From a virus (Duplodnaviria > Caudoviricetes): a DNA stretch of 40,335 nt. The stretch lies in IMG/VR virus record IMGVR_UViG_3300027640_000210, positions 1 through 40,335 of that record. One strand, 5' to 3'. Position numbers and translations under genes: made by a program. The notes under the pieces were generated by a model. The model had not been told where the DNA came from. It saw nothing but the letters and a program-made list of their open reading frames with translations, and ran no database searches. This document shows positions 25,824 through 35,344 of this stretch, one piece after another (the first letter of the stretch is position 1; each line of letters begins with the position of its first letter).

Positions 25824-26158
25824 TGTTCGACTTGCTGGTGGACATCTACCAGGTCGCGGAGACGACGGTGAACGCCGAGCCCCGCGAGTCCGCGACGCTC
25901 CTCGCGGCGAATGTCCCCGCCCAGTTCCTCCGTATGAGCGGCCGCAGTCGCTATCTGGCCGCCGGGGCCGGGGTGGTGCTCGACGCGCGCATGGCTCTCC
26001 CCGCCACCGCAAACGTGACGGAGAAGGCGGAAGTTCGCAACGTGCGAACGCGCGAGGGGACGCCGGTGCCCGGTCAGCCCTCCCGCTACCGGGTGCTCTT
26101 CGTGAACCCCACTCGCCGCGGCTTTCATGTCGAGCTCGACCTGCAGGCGGTGCGGTAG
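25823..26158 (+). CDS. Head closure / head-tail joining protein
   Basis: TGATG coupling; about 111 aa beta-rich, ends HVELDL; position. Confidence 0.6.
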   Translation: MFDLLVDIYQVAETTVNAEPRESATLLAANVPAQFLRMSGRSRYLAAGAGVVLDARMALPATANVTEKAEVRNVRTREGTPVPGQPSRYRVLFVNPTRRGFHVELDLQAVR

Positions 26159-26172
26159 TGCCCGGGTACTCC

Positions 26173-26748
26173 ATGCCGCGTCACCTGGATCTCGGGGTCC
26201 GCCTCGAGCTCCAATCGGGTGTCACCCCCCAGGCCATGGAGCGTCTGCTCGCCGTCTTCCGGGAGGAGTACGCGCTGGCAGGCGACGACATCGGTCAGCA
26301 CGTCCAGTCCCGGGTGCAGGACATCATCGAGAACACCCACGACATGGTGAACGAGGGGGAACTCCTCGGCTCCATCACCTGGGCGTCCGCCATGGTCGGC
26401 TCCGTACTCCAGGTCCTCGCTGGCACCAACGTCCCCTACGGCAAGTACAAGGAGTACGGCACCGTCCCGCACTTCGTGCCCTTCCACCTGGCCAAGTCCC
26501 TCTACAACCAGGCCAAGCACCAGTGGGGCTGGGTTGATCCGCCGGGACACTCAGCCTACGAGGCGGATGAGAAGGGGCGCGTGTGGCTTGCGCCAGCGCC
26601 GGGGGCGAAGCCCACTTGGGGTGTCTTCGTCTCAGGGGAACGTAAGCCCTTCCTCTTCCCAGGCTGGGTGGCCTCTATCGAGTACATCGAGACCCGCATG
26701 CAGGGAGCGGGCCAACGGGCCGCCGCGCGGTTCGCCGGAGGTGCCTGA
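26173..26748 (+). CDS. HK97 gp10-like neck/tail completion protein
   Basis: G.LL.SI, GTNVPY..Y.EYGT, PFL.P motifs; start 26158 or 26173. Confidence 0.75.
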   Translation: MPRHLDLGVRLELQSGVTPQAMERLLAVFREEYALAGDDIGQHVQSRVQDIIENTHDMVNEGELLGSITWASAMVGSVLQVLAGTNVPYGKYKEYGTVPHFVPFHLAKSLYNQAKHQWGWVDPPGHSAYEADEKGRVWLAPAPGAKPTWGVFVSGERKPFLFPGWVASIEYIETRMQGAGQRAAARFAGGA

Positions 26749-27197
26749 TGCCGACCTTCACCTGGCCTCACGCGCACCTGCCGCACGCTCTTGCCGATCA
26801 GCTGAAACTGGCCACGAGCGCCGAGAGCCGCGTGACGACGGAGATCCCCCGAGACCGCACCTACCCCCTCCTGGTGGTCCAGGAGGCCGGCCTCGGGCGC
26901 CTGGGCACGGATGCGGCCATTCAGGCAGATGAGCTGCGGCTACAGATCGACGCGTGGGCACCGACGAAGCTGGCAGCGGTCGCGTTGGCCGCACAGGTCT
27001 TCCGGCTCCTGGACGCTCGGTTCTCCGGGGCGCTCAAGGACACTGTTCTCCAGACGGAGGACGAGGCCGCCCCCGGCGACTTCTACCAGACCAAGGTGGA
27101 GCGGATCCGCCGCTCGGGCGGGGGCGATCCCTTCTTCGATGAGTACGCCCGGGTGTGGCGGTTGCCGGCGTTCTACTCTGTGAAGGTGAACCTCTGA
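26748..27197 (+). CDS. Tail terminator (gp17/DUF3168-like)
   Basis: YPLLVV...LQIDAWA....A..LA..V pattern; position. Confidence 0.7.
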   Translation: MPTFTWPHAHLPHALADQLKLATSAESRVTTEIPRDRTYPLLVVQEAGLGRLGTDAAIQADELRLQIDAWAPTKLAAVALAAQVFRLLDARFSGALKDTVLQTEDEAAPGDFYQTKVERIRRSGGGDPFFDEYARVWRLPAFYSVKVNL

Positions 27198-27556
27198 TGG
27201 CCGAGATCCAGCTCTCCGACGGCGCCCTGGTCGTCACCGTGCATGAGGCCCCGGAGGAGCGGCCCGCGCGCCCCCAGGCGCTGGACGTGCTCCCCGACAC
27301 CGCCGGGTCACCTGTCGTCTACCAGCGGACGCCGGGCCTCGAGGAAGTGCCGCTCTCGGGGCGCCTGCTCGCCTCCGTCGATGTGACCCGTCTCGAGGCG
27401 TGGACAGCCGCGGGGGCGCTCCTCACCCTGACGGCCCGCGACGGCTCGGCGAGTGTGGGCTGGCGGGTGAAGCGTGGCCCTGCCCCCCGCATCCGCCGCA
27501 AGGATGGGGACTCGGCCGACTGGCTGGTCGACCTCAGACTCTGGAGGATCCCGTGA
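27197..27556 (+). CDS. Small tail protein (possibly tube/Dit-like fold)
   Basis: 119 aa, TGATG-coupled, occupying the usual major-tail-protein position. Confidence 0.45.
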   Translation: MAEIQLSDGALVVTVHEAPEERPARPQALDVLPDTAGSPVVYQRTPGLEEVPLSGRLLASVDVTRLEAWTAAGALLTLTARDGSASVGWRVKRGPAPRIRRKDGDSADWLVDLRLWRIP

Positions 27557-27957
27557 ACGATCTGCGTGTGACGCCCGAGGGGATGCCCGGGGTGGAGGTG
27601 GACGGCGTTCTCCGTCCCCTCTTCTACTCGGTCATGGGGAACAAGCGCTGGGCCGAATACCGGGGCGCGACCTTCACCGAGATCATGGGCGGCGGCTGGA
27701 GCCCGGGAGAGCTTGAGCCAGACGACCTCGGTCGACTGCTCCTGATCGGCCTCGAGGGCGGGGAGCTTCGGCGGCACCTCTGCGCAGGCGGCCAGGGACT
27801 CCCCGTCGATGAGACCCTCGTCGAGAGGATCTTCGAGCGCTACCACGTCGCGAGCATCATCGGCTTGGTCCTCGAGGCCTGGAACCAGGCGCCGGACGAA
27901 AGAAACCCTCCGACGCCCCCGGTGACGCGATCACCTGGGGGCGTCTCCTCTTCCTGA
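27553..27957 (+). CDS. Tail assembly chaperone (gpG-like)
   Basis: RBS GGAGG, GTG 27553; immediately upstream of the tape measure; contains a slippery heptamer. Confidence 0.7.
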   Translation: MNDLRVTPEGMPGVEVDGVLRPLFYSVMGNKRWAEYRGATFTEIMGGGWSPGELEPDDLGRLLLIGLEGGELRRHLCAGGQGLPVDETLVERIFERYHVASIIGLVLEAWNQAPDERNPPTPPVTRSPGGVSSS

Positions 27958-28088
27958 GCCGGAGCCTGGGGCTCTCCCTCGCGGATCTCGCGTACCTCTC
28001 CCTTGGGGAGGTCGCGGCTATGGCCCAAGACGAGGGCGAAAGTTCTCTCGGGTTGCCTGCGGACAGCGACGCCGTCTTCACCCTGTAA
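27903..28088 (+). CDS. -1 frameshift extension of the tail chaperone (gpGT-like)
   Basis: A AAC CCT heptamer at 27903-27909; the -1 frame is open to TAA 28088 and reads PSDAPGDAITWGRLLFLSRSLGLSLADLAYLSLGEVAAM... Confidence 0.7.
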   Translation, partial: KPSDAPGDAITWGRLLFLSRSLGLSLADLAYLSLGEVAAMAQDEGESSLGLPADSDAVFTL

Positions 28089-28108
28089 CTCCCCGGGAGG
28101 TCTTCTCT

Positions 28109-29509
28109 ATGGCTGACGAATTCGATCTTGCCGGACGTCTCCGGGTCGACTTCTCGGAACTCGAGGAGATCCCGGAGCGCACCGAGGCTGCGGTGGCCGC
28201 GGCCGACGGGCAGCAGATCGCGATCCAAACCGAAGTCGACGACCGCCAAGCCACCAGGTCGTTTCGCGACACCGATCTCGCGATCGCCCGCTTGGACAAG
28301 GCGGTGGCCCGTCCCACGATCGAGGTGGATGGGGGCCAGGCCGACCGGACGATCGCGGATCTGCGCGCTCAGTTCGCGGCGCTTGATACGAGAATTGCGA
28401 CGCTGCGGACCGAAGCCGCCGGCACATCTGTGGGCGGCGGCGTCGCGAGGGGGGCGGGCGGCGAGACTGTGGCCGCCGCCGGAGGCGCGGCCGGCCTGTC
28501 CCGGTTCGCACCAATGGCGGCGGCGCTGGCCGTCCCCGTCGCGATCGAAGGGGCGCGGCAATTCGTGAACGCGACGGTGCCCCGGGCTCTTGAGGCCGGC
28601 AAGACGGAGAAGGCAGTCACTCGGAACTTCGGAGTCGACCAAGGCCAGGAGTTCGTTGCGGCCTCCGAGCGACTGGCCGACGCCACCGGCTTCTTGGCGA
28701 AGGACTTCCAACAGGCGGCCCTCGCGGGCAAGAGTCTGGCGGCCATGAGTGACAGTCCGGCCAAGGCAGCGCGACTCCAGACGGAGGCGATCAAGCAGCT
28801 TCTGCCGGTGGCCGCGGATCTGGCGGCGACCTCACCGGACAAGCACCTGCAGTCAGTGGCGGGGGCGTTCGGCGCCTTGAAGCTCGCCATCGCTGGGAGT
28901 GCCTCCGCCCAGGAGCGACTCGGAGTCGACCTGAGCGACACCCACATGCAGTCGCGGGCCTTCGGCGGAGCCTTACGCGACACCTGGACTGCCCTCTCGG
29001 ACGCCGAGAAGGCTCAGCTCCGCTACCAGGAGATGCTGAACCAGACCAAGGACGTTATGGGCGAGGCCGGGGACGAGTCGTCTCTCGAGACCCAGACCCG
29101 CAAGCTGAACGAGCAACTGAGCGAACTCGCGGTCGCGGTGGGAGACCAACTGCTCGATCCCCTGGCCGGGTTCGTCGAGATGATCCGTGAACTCGTGGAC
29201 GCCATCCCGGACTGGGTTCCCACAGTGGTGGGTGGGGTGGCCAAGTACGGACCCACAGCGGTCAAGGTGGGCGCCTATGCCAACCCGGTCACCCAGATCC
29301 CGGCGGCCGAAGCGTGGATAGCCGGGAAGTTCTCGGGCAAGGCTGCACCCCAGAGCAGCGCGGGTTTGGGCGCTGCCGCCGGGGCCGGCGCGCGCCCGGG
29401 CTACTACCCGCCGGAGACTCCACCCGTCCAGGTCAACCTGAATGTCCGCCGCGAGCCCGGCACCGCCATCAATCTCGACGGCGCGAGCTACGCACCCTCG
29501 AATCAGTAG
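28109..29509 (+). CDS. Tape measure protein (short, 466 aa)
   Basis: Ala/Gly-rich helical sequence; LSDAEKAQLRY...Q.RKL motif; follows the chaperone; RBS GGGAGG. Confidence 0.75.
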   Translation: MADEFDLAGRLRVDFSELEEIPERTEAAVAAADGQQIAIQTEVDDRQATRSFRDTDLAIARLDKAVARPTIEVDGGQADRTIADLRAQFAALDTRIATLRTEAAGTSVGGGVARGAGGETVAAAGGAAGLSRFAPMAAALAVPVAIEGARQFVNATVPRALEAGKTEKAVTRNFGVDQGQEFVAASERLADATGFLAKDFQQAALAGKSLAAMSDSPAKAARLQTEAIKQLLPVAADLAATSPDKHLQSVAGAFGALKLAIAGSASAQERLGVDLSDTHMQSRAFGGALRDTWTALSDAEKAQLRYQEMLNQTKDVMGEAGDESSLETQTRKLNEQLSELAVAVGDQLLDPLAGFVEMIRELVDAIPDWVPTVVGGVAKYGPTAVKVGAYANPVTQIPAAEAWIAGKFSGKAAPQSSAGLGAAAGAGARPGYYPPETPPVQVNLNVRREPGTAINLDGASYAPSNQ

Positions 29510-29518
29510 GAGGCCCCT

Positions 29519-30256
29519 ATGCCTGCCCAGCGCTTGCTCACCCAAGCCGAATATGTCTCCTTTACCGACAAACTTGCGAAGGCCATCCAGTATCTCTTGG
29601 CGGCCAAAGGGGACGAGGACACCCTGGCCACCGCCGCCTACCAGGCGCGCCTGGCCCGAGATCAGCTGGTGGCCTTCGCCCAGCCCGACGAGTACAAGAT
29701 CACCGCCGACCTGGACGATGCCGTGGGCGCCGTGGTCACGGCCGTGGCCCGCGAGAGCGACCTCGTGAGCTACTTCGCGAACTTCAACTCGGCCGTCCTC
29801 TCGCACCTCGGCCAAGACCTGAACACCTGGCTCACCACCGGAGCGCTGCGGGTCCACCACTACTGGCGCCGGGGTGGCAATACTGCCATTGTCGCGGCTA
29901 ACGTCTTCCCGCCGGTCACCACGCTCGGATCCTTCGCGGTTACCGGATCCGGTGCAGGCACTTTCACCGACGGCCAGGCCGTCGACACTGCCGTCTACGG
30001 CGGGGCTCAGATCGAGCTCGAGGTGACCGGCAATCCCATCGGCGCGGCCAACATCGACGTGACCGTGGCCTGTGTGCTCGCGGACACGACGACCGTGAAT
30101 AAGCTCGGCACCATTCTGGCCGCCTCACCCGTGGGCACCAAGGTCGCCCTCGGCGCGGCTTCGGACCGGGTGGCGAACATCACCGGAATCACCATCGCCC
30201 TCGGTACGAACGGCGACGCCTTCCGGGTCCAGACGGTAGAGGACCGGGCGATCTGA
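29519..30256 (+). CDS. Putative virion structural protein
   Basis: Strong RBS AGGAGG and strong codon bias; helical N-half, Thr/Gly/Val-rich beta C-half. Confidence 0.55.
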   Translation: MPAQRLLTQAEYVSFTDKLAKAIQYLLAAKGDEDTLATAAYQARLARDQLVAFAQPDEYKITADLDDAVGAVVTAVARESDLVSYFANFNSAVLSHLGQDLNTWLTTGALRVHHYWRRGGNTAIVAANVFPPVTTLGSFAVTGSGAGTFTDGQAVDTAVYGGAQIELEVTGNPIGAANIDVTVACVLADTTTVNKLGTILAASPVGTKVALGAASDRVANITGITIALGTNGDAFRVQTVEDRAI

Positions 30257-30498
30257 TGGGCGCGAACCGGAAGACTGAGGCTCCGCTGGAGAAGGGCCCC
30301 GAGCTTCTCCTGGTGTTCACGGGGGAGACCTCGGGTGCCACCCGCTACACCTGGGCCGCAGGGACGAAGGTGCTCGAGCGGGGCTCGGGTGTGCCCGTGG
30401 CCACCTGCCGGCGCCAGGGGCGCCTGGAGCCCACCGAGGAGCACTTCGCCGCCCTCTTCCGCGCCGGGGACGCCGTCCTCGAGGCGCAGGACGCCTGA
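30256..30498 (+). CDS. Hypothetical protein
   Basis: TGATG coupling at both ends. Confidence 0.6.
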   Translation: MGANRKTEAPLEKGPELLLVFTGETSGATRYTWAAGTKVLERGSGVPVATCRRQGRLEPTEEHFAALFRAGDAVLEAQDA

Positions 30499-31469
30499 TG
30501 CGCCTCCGCTTCGTCGTCGGCCACGAGGATACCCCGGAGGCGTACTGGCGCGTGCTCCTGCCGGCACGCCACTTCCGAGCGGTGGCCCTGTCCATCGATG
30601 CCCCTCGGGCCCGGGAGACGGCGCTTGATGCCGACGTTCTCTGGATCCACCAACCCACCGGCCTGGCGGCCGCCGAGCTTGCGGAGAAGGCGCGGGCTCG
30701 GGGCCTCCGGGTGGTAGTCGACCTCTCCGAGGATCCCTGGCTTCGCGCGGAGTGCGACCCCGCCTACAACGAGGCGCGCCTCGAGGCCTGCTCCCGGGCT
30801 CTGGAAGCGGCCAGCATCCTGGTGGTAGCCACAGAGGGCCTCCGGGATGCTTTCCCCGGCGCCGCGACGCGAGTCGTCGCACCCGTGATTCCTCTCTCCG
30901 GCTGGACGCCGCGGGAGCCCGAGACTCCGGCCCGCTTGGCCTGGTGGAGTGACGGCCGGCAGCGCCGGGGCTTCGAAGGGGTGGCAGAGGCGGTCTCCCG
31001 GGTCCTCGATTCCGCGCCTGAGGTGCGCCTCCGGCATATCCAGTTCGCGCATCTCGCGCCTTTGGTGGCTGCCCTCTCCGATCCGGGCGAGAAGGCCCGG
31101 CGGGCCGCGCGCTTCTCCGTCTACCTGGAGGGAGACCTCGGAGCGGAAGGGAACCTGGCCATGCTGCGCGGAGCCACGGCGGGTGCCACAGTCGCGTTGG
31201 AGTGCTACCCGGCCGGAGACTACGCGGCCAGTGTGAGTGACGTCCCGCTGCTCCGTGCCGCCGCCCTCGGGATCCCGAGCCTGACGACCCGGGGCACCGC
31301 TCCTCCGGGCGCAGTCTCGGCCGGGCCCGAAGAATGGGCGGAGGCACTGGCCGAGCTCCTCACCGACTCCTCCCGCCGCCGTGAGCTCGCCCATGACGCC
31401 CGCGCGTGGGCCGAGACCCGTGCTTCCTTCGAAACCTACCACCACGTCCTTCAGGAGGTCCTGCGGTGA
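30498..31469 (+). CDS. GT-B-fold glycosyltransferase-like protein
   Basis: YWR...P, DADVLW, VVVD...D, A.ILVVAT..L, AALGIP, W.EAL.ELL.D...RRELA..AR pattern. Confidence 0.7.
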   Translation: MRLRFVVGHEDTPEAYWRVLLPARHFRAVALSIDAPRARETALDADVLWIHQPTGLAAAELAEKARARGLRVVVDLSEDPWLRAECDPAYNEARLEACSRALEAASILVVATEGLRDAFPGAATRVVAPVIPLSGWTPREPETPARLAWWSDGRQRRGFEGVAEAVSRVLDSAPEVRLRHIQFAHLAPLVAALSDPGEKARRAARFSVYLEGDLGAEGNLAMLRGATAGATVALECYPAGDYAASVSDVPLLRAAALGIPSLTTRGTAPPGAVSAGPEEWAEALAELLTDSSRRRELAHDARAWAETRASFETYHHVLQEVLR

Positions 31470-31756
31470 CCGTTCACACTCACAAGGTTCGGAAAAGCGC
31501 GAAGGCGCAAAACGAGAAGCTCCCCGACATCAATGGCACTCAGATCACCTACGCCGGTGGGGTCGAGTGCGAGATCGAGGTGACCCAACGCCGTAACGAC
31601 GAGCCCACCATCTCCGCGGGCTCCACTATCAACGTCGGGGGCCGCAGCGGCGTGTGCCTGGACGCGAGCACGGAGATCATGCCGCAGTACACCCTGGACG
31701 GCGCCATCGTCTGGGAGGCCACCTACCGCCTGGCCACGGACGGCGCGTCGGTCTAG
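31466..31756 (+). CDS. Hypothetical tail protein
   Basis: RBS AGGAGG, GTGA overlap; beta-rich. Confidence 0.55.
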   Translation: MTVHTHKVRKSAKAQNEKLPDINGTQITYAGGVECEIEVTQRRNDEPTISAGSTINVGGRSGVCLDASTEIMPQYTLDGAIVWEATYRLATDGASV

Positions 31757-31759
31757 CCG

Positions 31760-32914
31760 GTGTCGCAGACCTTCAGCCAGCTCCTCACGGGGGCGAACTG
31801 CACCCTCGGTGGCCAGACGATCATCTCTCTCTCGGTCACCGAGGATGTGGACGCCGACTACGACACGGCCTCCGCTGTATGCCTCGCCCCCGCAGGCGCC
31901 CACGCCAAGGGTGTCTCCGTCCAGTCCGTCGAGGGCGGCATCTCCACCGGCTTCTGGACGGTCGAGGACCCGGTGAGGGTTCGCTCCGGCGCGCGTACGT
32001 GGCGCCGGAAGGCCGGGGAGGCGGGCTACCGTCATCTCCCCCTGGTCTCCTATCGTCTGCGCCGCCAGGGCTACCTGGCCGCCCGCTCGACGCTCTCCGC
32101 CGCCAACCTGGGCGCGGACAACTTCCCGCCGAGGTTCTGCACGCTTGCCTTCCTTAGCGCCTACACCGCGGAGTTGAACGAACGCTGGCTCCGCGGCGAG
32201 CTCCACGCGCGCGAGGTGCAGAATCTGCGTCGCTCCTGGCACCCGGTGTACTCGGCCACGGATGTCGCCTCCACCATCTGCTCCTGGGTGGGGCTCCCGG
32301 TCCAGTTCCGGGTGGGCCTGCCGGTGATGCCGGACGAGTACACGCCCCTCGGGAAACCCGTGATCGCCGCTCTTCGCGAGGTGGCCTCCTGGTCCGGCGC
32401 CTCCGTCTACCTGGATCGTTCTGGCACCCTGGTCGTCTATGACTGGCAGGAGACCTACTCCCGCGGAGGGCAGATCCCGCAGCCGGCGGCCGTCCTCGAC
32501 GAGGAGCGCCACGACGCCCTTTACCCCGTGACGCACGTGACGGTAGTGGGCTCGGGCTACGCCGGTAGCTACCGGCAGCAGCAGGCGGTCGAGGTGACCG
32601 AGTCCCTTACCGCGGCCAGAGGAGAACGCCCCGTCGAGGAGCGTATCGAGATCCGGGAGTACCCGATCAATCCAGCGCTCGCCCAGAAGATCGCCCGCGA
32701 GCGTCTCTCTCGTATCGCCCTCGAGGCCGGCATCGTCCGGTACCGGGGACCCGCCGAGGGGTCCCAGGGCATACGTCCCCTTACCAACAGAGTCTTCTCC
32801 GTCTCCCGCACCCTGGAGTGGGACGGGACCAAGTATCGCTACGAGATCGATTTGACCGCACCTCAGGCCGGCATGGTCTGGAACGCGTCCCTCCCGGCGA
32901 ACGGATGGTGGTAG
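31760..32914 (+). CDS. Putative baseplate hub / tail-tip protein
   Basis: ALREVA...GASVYLDRSGTLVV and VTHVTVVG patterns typical of hub (gp27/Tal-like) proteins. Confidence 0.55.
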   Translation: MSQTFSQLLTGANCTLGGQTIISLSVTEDVDADYDTASAVCLAPAGAHAKGVSVQSVEGGISTGFWTVEDPVRVRSGARTWRRKAGEAGYRHLPLVSYRLRRQGYLAARSTLSAANLGADNFPPRFCTLAFLSAYTAELNERWLRGELHAREVQNLRRSWHPVYSATDVASTICSWVGLPVQFRVGLPVMPDEYTPLGKPVIAALREVASWSGASVYLDRSGTLVVYDWQETYSRGGQIPQPAAVLDEERHDALYPVTHVTVVGSGYAGSYRQQQAVEVTESLTAARGERPVEERIEIREYPINPALAQKIARERLSRIALEAGIVRYRGPAEGSQGIRPLTNRVFSVSRTLEWDGTKYRYEIDLTAPQAGMVWNASLPANGWW

Positions 32915-32918
32915 AGCG

Positions 32919-33413
32919 ATGCCGCGCATGCCCAGCAAGACTGAACTCCAGGAGACATTCGGGGGCCGGGGTCCGCACGCCGCCACGCGCTCTATCCACG
33001 CCGATCTCCGCGAGGAGGAGCGCCGGGGGCGCCTCATGCGGGACGCCCAGGTTCAGGACAACTGCACGGTGCAGGTGGAGGTGCCGGCGGACTTCGGGAC
33101 GGCCGCGGGGCCGGTCATCTCCGAATGGCTCGACTTCGGACGGGTGCGCTTCGTCAAGCGGCCGATTCTGACGACGGGGAGCATGCGGCTGGCGCTCCCG
33201 GGGGAGCCGACGCTGAATGCCGAGGCCTCGAACTTTGACCCTGTCCTGCACTACGCCGTCCCGTGCGCAGCCCAGATCCTGCGCTTTCGCACTGACGGCC
33301 GCGGCTTCTACGCGGGCGCCAAGCTGCTGCTCTTTGCTCTCGGGCCTGTCCCCGACGGCTTCCAGGCTCTCGTTTTCTGCCTGTTCACCGGCCCCGCTGT
33401 GCGTCTTGCCTGA
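32919..33413 (+). CDS. Hypothetical tail/baseplate protein
   Basis: 164 aa ORF filling the gap in the tail operon. Confidence 0.55.
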   Translation: MPRMPSKTELQETFGGRGPHAATRSIHADLREEERRGRLMRDAQVQDNCTVQVEVPADFGTAAGPVISEWLDFGRVRFVKRPILTTGSMRLALPGEPTLNAEASNFDPVLHYAVPCAAQILRFRTDGRGFYAGAKLLLFALGPVPDGFQALVFCLFTGPAVRLA

Positions 33414-33427
33414 AGGAGGAGGATCGC

Positions 33428-35344
33428 GTGCCTGAGGAACGCACCGAGCGTACGGCGTATCAGGGGCTCCTCGCCCTTATGGTGGTGGCGGCGGATTCCG
33501 AGAGTTGGGGATTCCCCTATTGGAACTCGCTGCTGCTCGATGCTGCGCTCCAGGGGCTCGCGCAGGCACCACGGGACGGGACCGCCCATCTGACCGCGCC
33601 CGCGCTCGCGCCCACGACCGCCCTGGTAGCTGGAGGCGGAGTGCTACCTGCCGGACAGAGCCTCGAGGTGGTTCAGACCTTCGTGGACGCCTTCGGGCGT
33701 GAGACGCTGGCGGGGGCAGCCGTGATTCAGAGCACTGGGGCGCCGCTCGCGGATCCCGTCTCGGCTGCAGCCTTCGGGTCAATCACGGAGTCCGGGACCG
33801 GCTACGAGGGCGGCCTCTTCGAGATCTGGTTCAGCTGGACGGATGGGGCAAGCGGCGAGACCTTGCCCTCACCGGTCGTGACGACCGATCTTCCCTACCG
33901 TGCAGGCGGTCTGAAATCCGAGGTCGTGGTCAATCTGCCCTCCACTCCGGCCGCAGCCGGGGCCTCCGGGGCCAACATCTACGCCCGGCATCGCTCGGGG
34001 AATGTGGTGCTGGCCTATCAGATCCTTGTCGACTCGGTGAGCCAGGCCACCTTGACCGGGGTCGCCGCCGACTGCTATCGGACGCTCCCCCTGGCGAATT
34101 CGACCTTTGCGAACCGGGCGATCGACATCACAGGTCGGGCCGCGAACGGCGGCGAGAGTCCCGGTCTGACTCGCCTCTACATCCGGCCTGAGGGGGCGAC
34201 GTGGTCGGCAGGCGATCGACGCCTGAAACTGGCTGGCCTTGACGAGTGGGATCCGACCACGGTGACCTACCCCCTCCGGTACACGGGCGGTACCGGAGAG
34301 CTCGCTCCTGGGTACCCACCGTCGGTTTCACAAGTCAAGGCGATCAGGCCGGTGGACCTGGCGACCGAAACCGTCGGCACGCTCAGTGAGGCGCAGATCC
34401 CGGGTACGCTGGCGCGGGACGAGGAGGTTGCTCAGCTCCTGGGCGGACCCTACGTCGTTTCGGGACTTCTCGTCGAAGCGCAGGCGTCCCCGAACATGAC
34501 GGTCAAGAGTTCACTCGGAATCTGTGTGTCGAGCTCAAGGATCTGGAGCGTGGCGGCAGACACGAGCATCGCGATCGCCGCCGCGGATCCGACCAACCCG
34601 CGCATCGACATCGTGTGCGTCAACACCTCCGGCGCCGTGGTCTCCTCTTCGGAGGATGCCTCGTGCAAGGGGATCGCGGCTGGCTCTCCCGTGGCGCCGT
34701 CGACGCCAGCCGGCTACGTCGAGCTCGCGCAGGTTTCGATTCCCGCAACTGATACGACGATCGAGGGTGGCCAGCTCACCGACTCTCGCACCCTGATCGG
34801 CACCGTGCTGGCGTCGTTGGTGGCTCTGGATACCGCCATCGACACCGTGTCCGGGGATCTGACCACGCACGTAGCCGATACCGGGGCGCATCTTCCGACG
34901 GCCTCTATCGCAGAAACCAATACCGGTACGCTGACCACCAAGGCCGTGACGCCCGACAGTCTGGCCGGGTCCTACGCGGGCACCAAGAGCATGGTCCTCA
35001 TCGCCGTCGCTCCTGCGACCGACGTCGCGGCCGCGAACGGCGTAATGTTCGTGCCGGTTCCCCCGGCTCTCAGCGGGATGAACCTTGTGAGCGCGAACGC
35101 CATCGTGAACACGGCGGGCACTACGGGTGCGACGACGGTCACGATATACAACCTCACCGACGCTCAGTACATGCTCTCCAGTCCCATCAGCATCGCCAGT
35201 GGGGCGACCGTAGGCACACCCGGAACCGTCAACGAGACCTATGACGATGTCGCCACTAACGACGTGCTCCAGGTGGATGTGTCTGCCGTGTCTACGACCG
35301 CACCGAAGGGGCTGATGGTCATGCTCGAGTTCAGGCTTCCGTAG
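33428..35344 (+). CDS. Minor tail / tail fibre protein
   Basis: RBS AGGAGGAGG; AADPTNPRID...P.TP.GY..LAQV domain; fibre-type motif AETNTGT.TTKAVTP.SL. Confidence 0.7.
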   Translation: MPEERTERTAYQGLLALMVVAADSESWGFPYWNSLLLDAALQGLAQAPRDGTAHLTAPALAPTTALVAGGGVLPAGQSLEVVQTFVDAFGRETLAGAAVIQSTGAPLADPVSAAAFGSITESGTGYEGGLFEIWFSWTDGASGETLPSPVVTTDLPYRAGGLKSEVVVNLPSTPAAAGASGANIYARHRSGNVVLAYQILVDSVSQATLTGVAADCYRTLPLANSTFANRAIDITGRAANGGESPGLTRLYIRPEGATWSAGDRRLKLAGLDEWDPTTVTYPLRYTGGTGELAPGYPPSVSQVKAIRPVDLATETVGTLSEAQIPGTLARDEEVAQLLGGPYVVSGLLVEAQASPNMTVKSSLGICVSSSRIWSVAADTSIAIAAADPTNPRIDIVCVNTSGAVVSSSEDASCKGIAAGSPVAPSTPAGYVELAQVSIPATDTTIEGGQLTDSRTLIGTVLASLVALDTAIDTVSGDLTTHVADTGAHLPTASIAETNTGTLTTKAVTPDSLAGSYAGTKSMVLIAVAPATDVAAANGVMFVPVPPALSGMNLVSANAIVNTAGTTGATTVTIYNLTDAQYMLSSPISIASGATVGTPGTVNETYDDVATNDVLQVDVSAVSTTAPKGLMVMLEFRLP

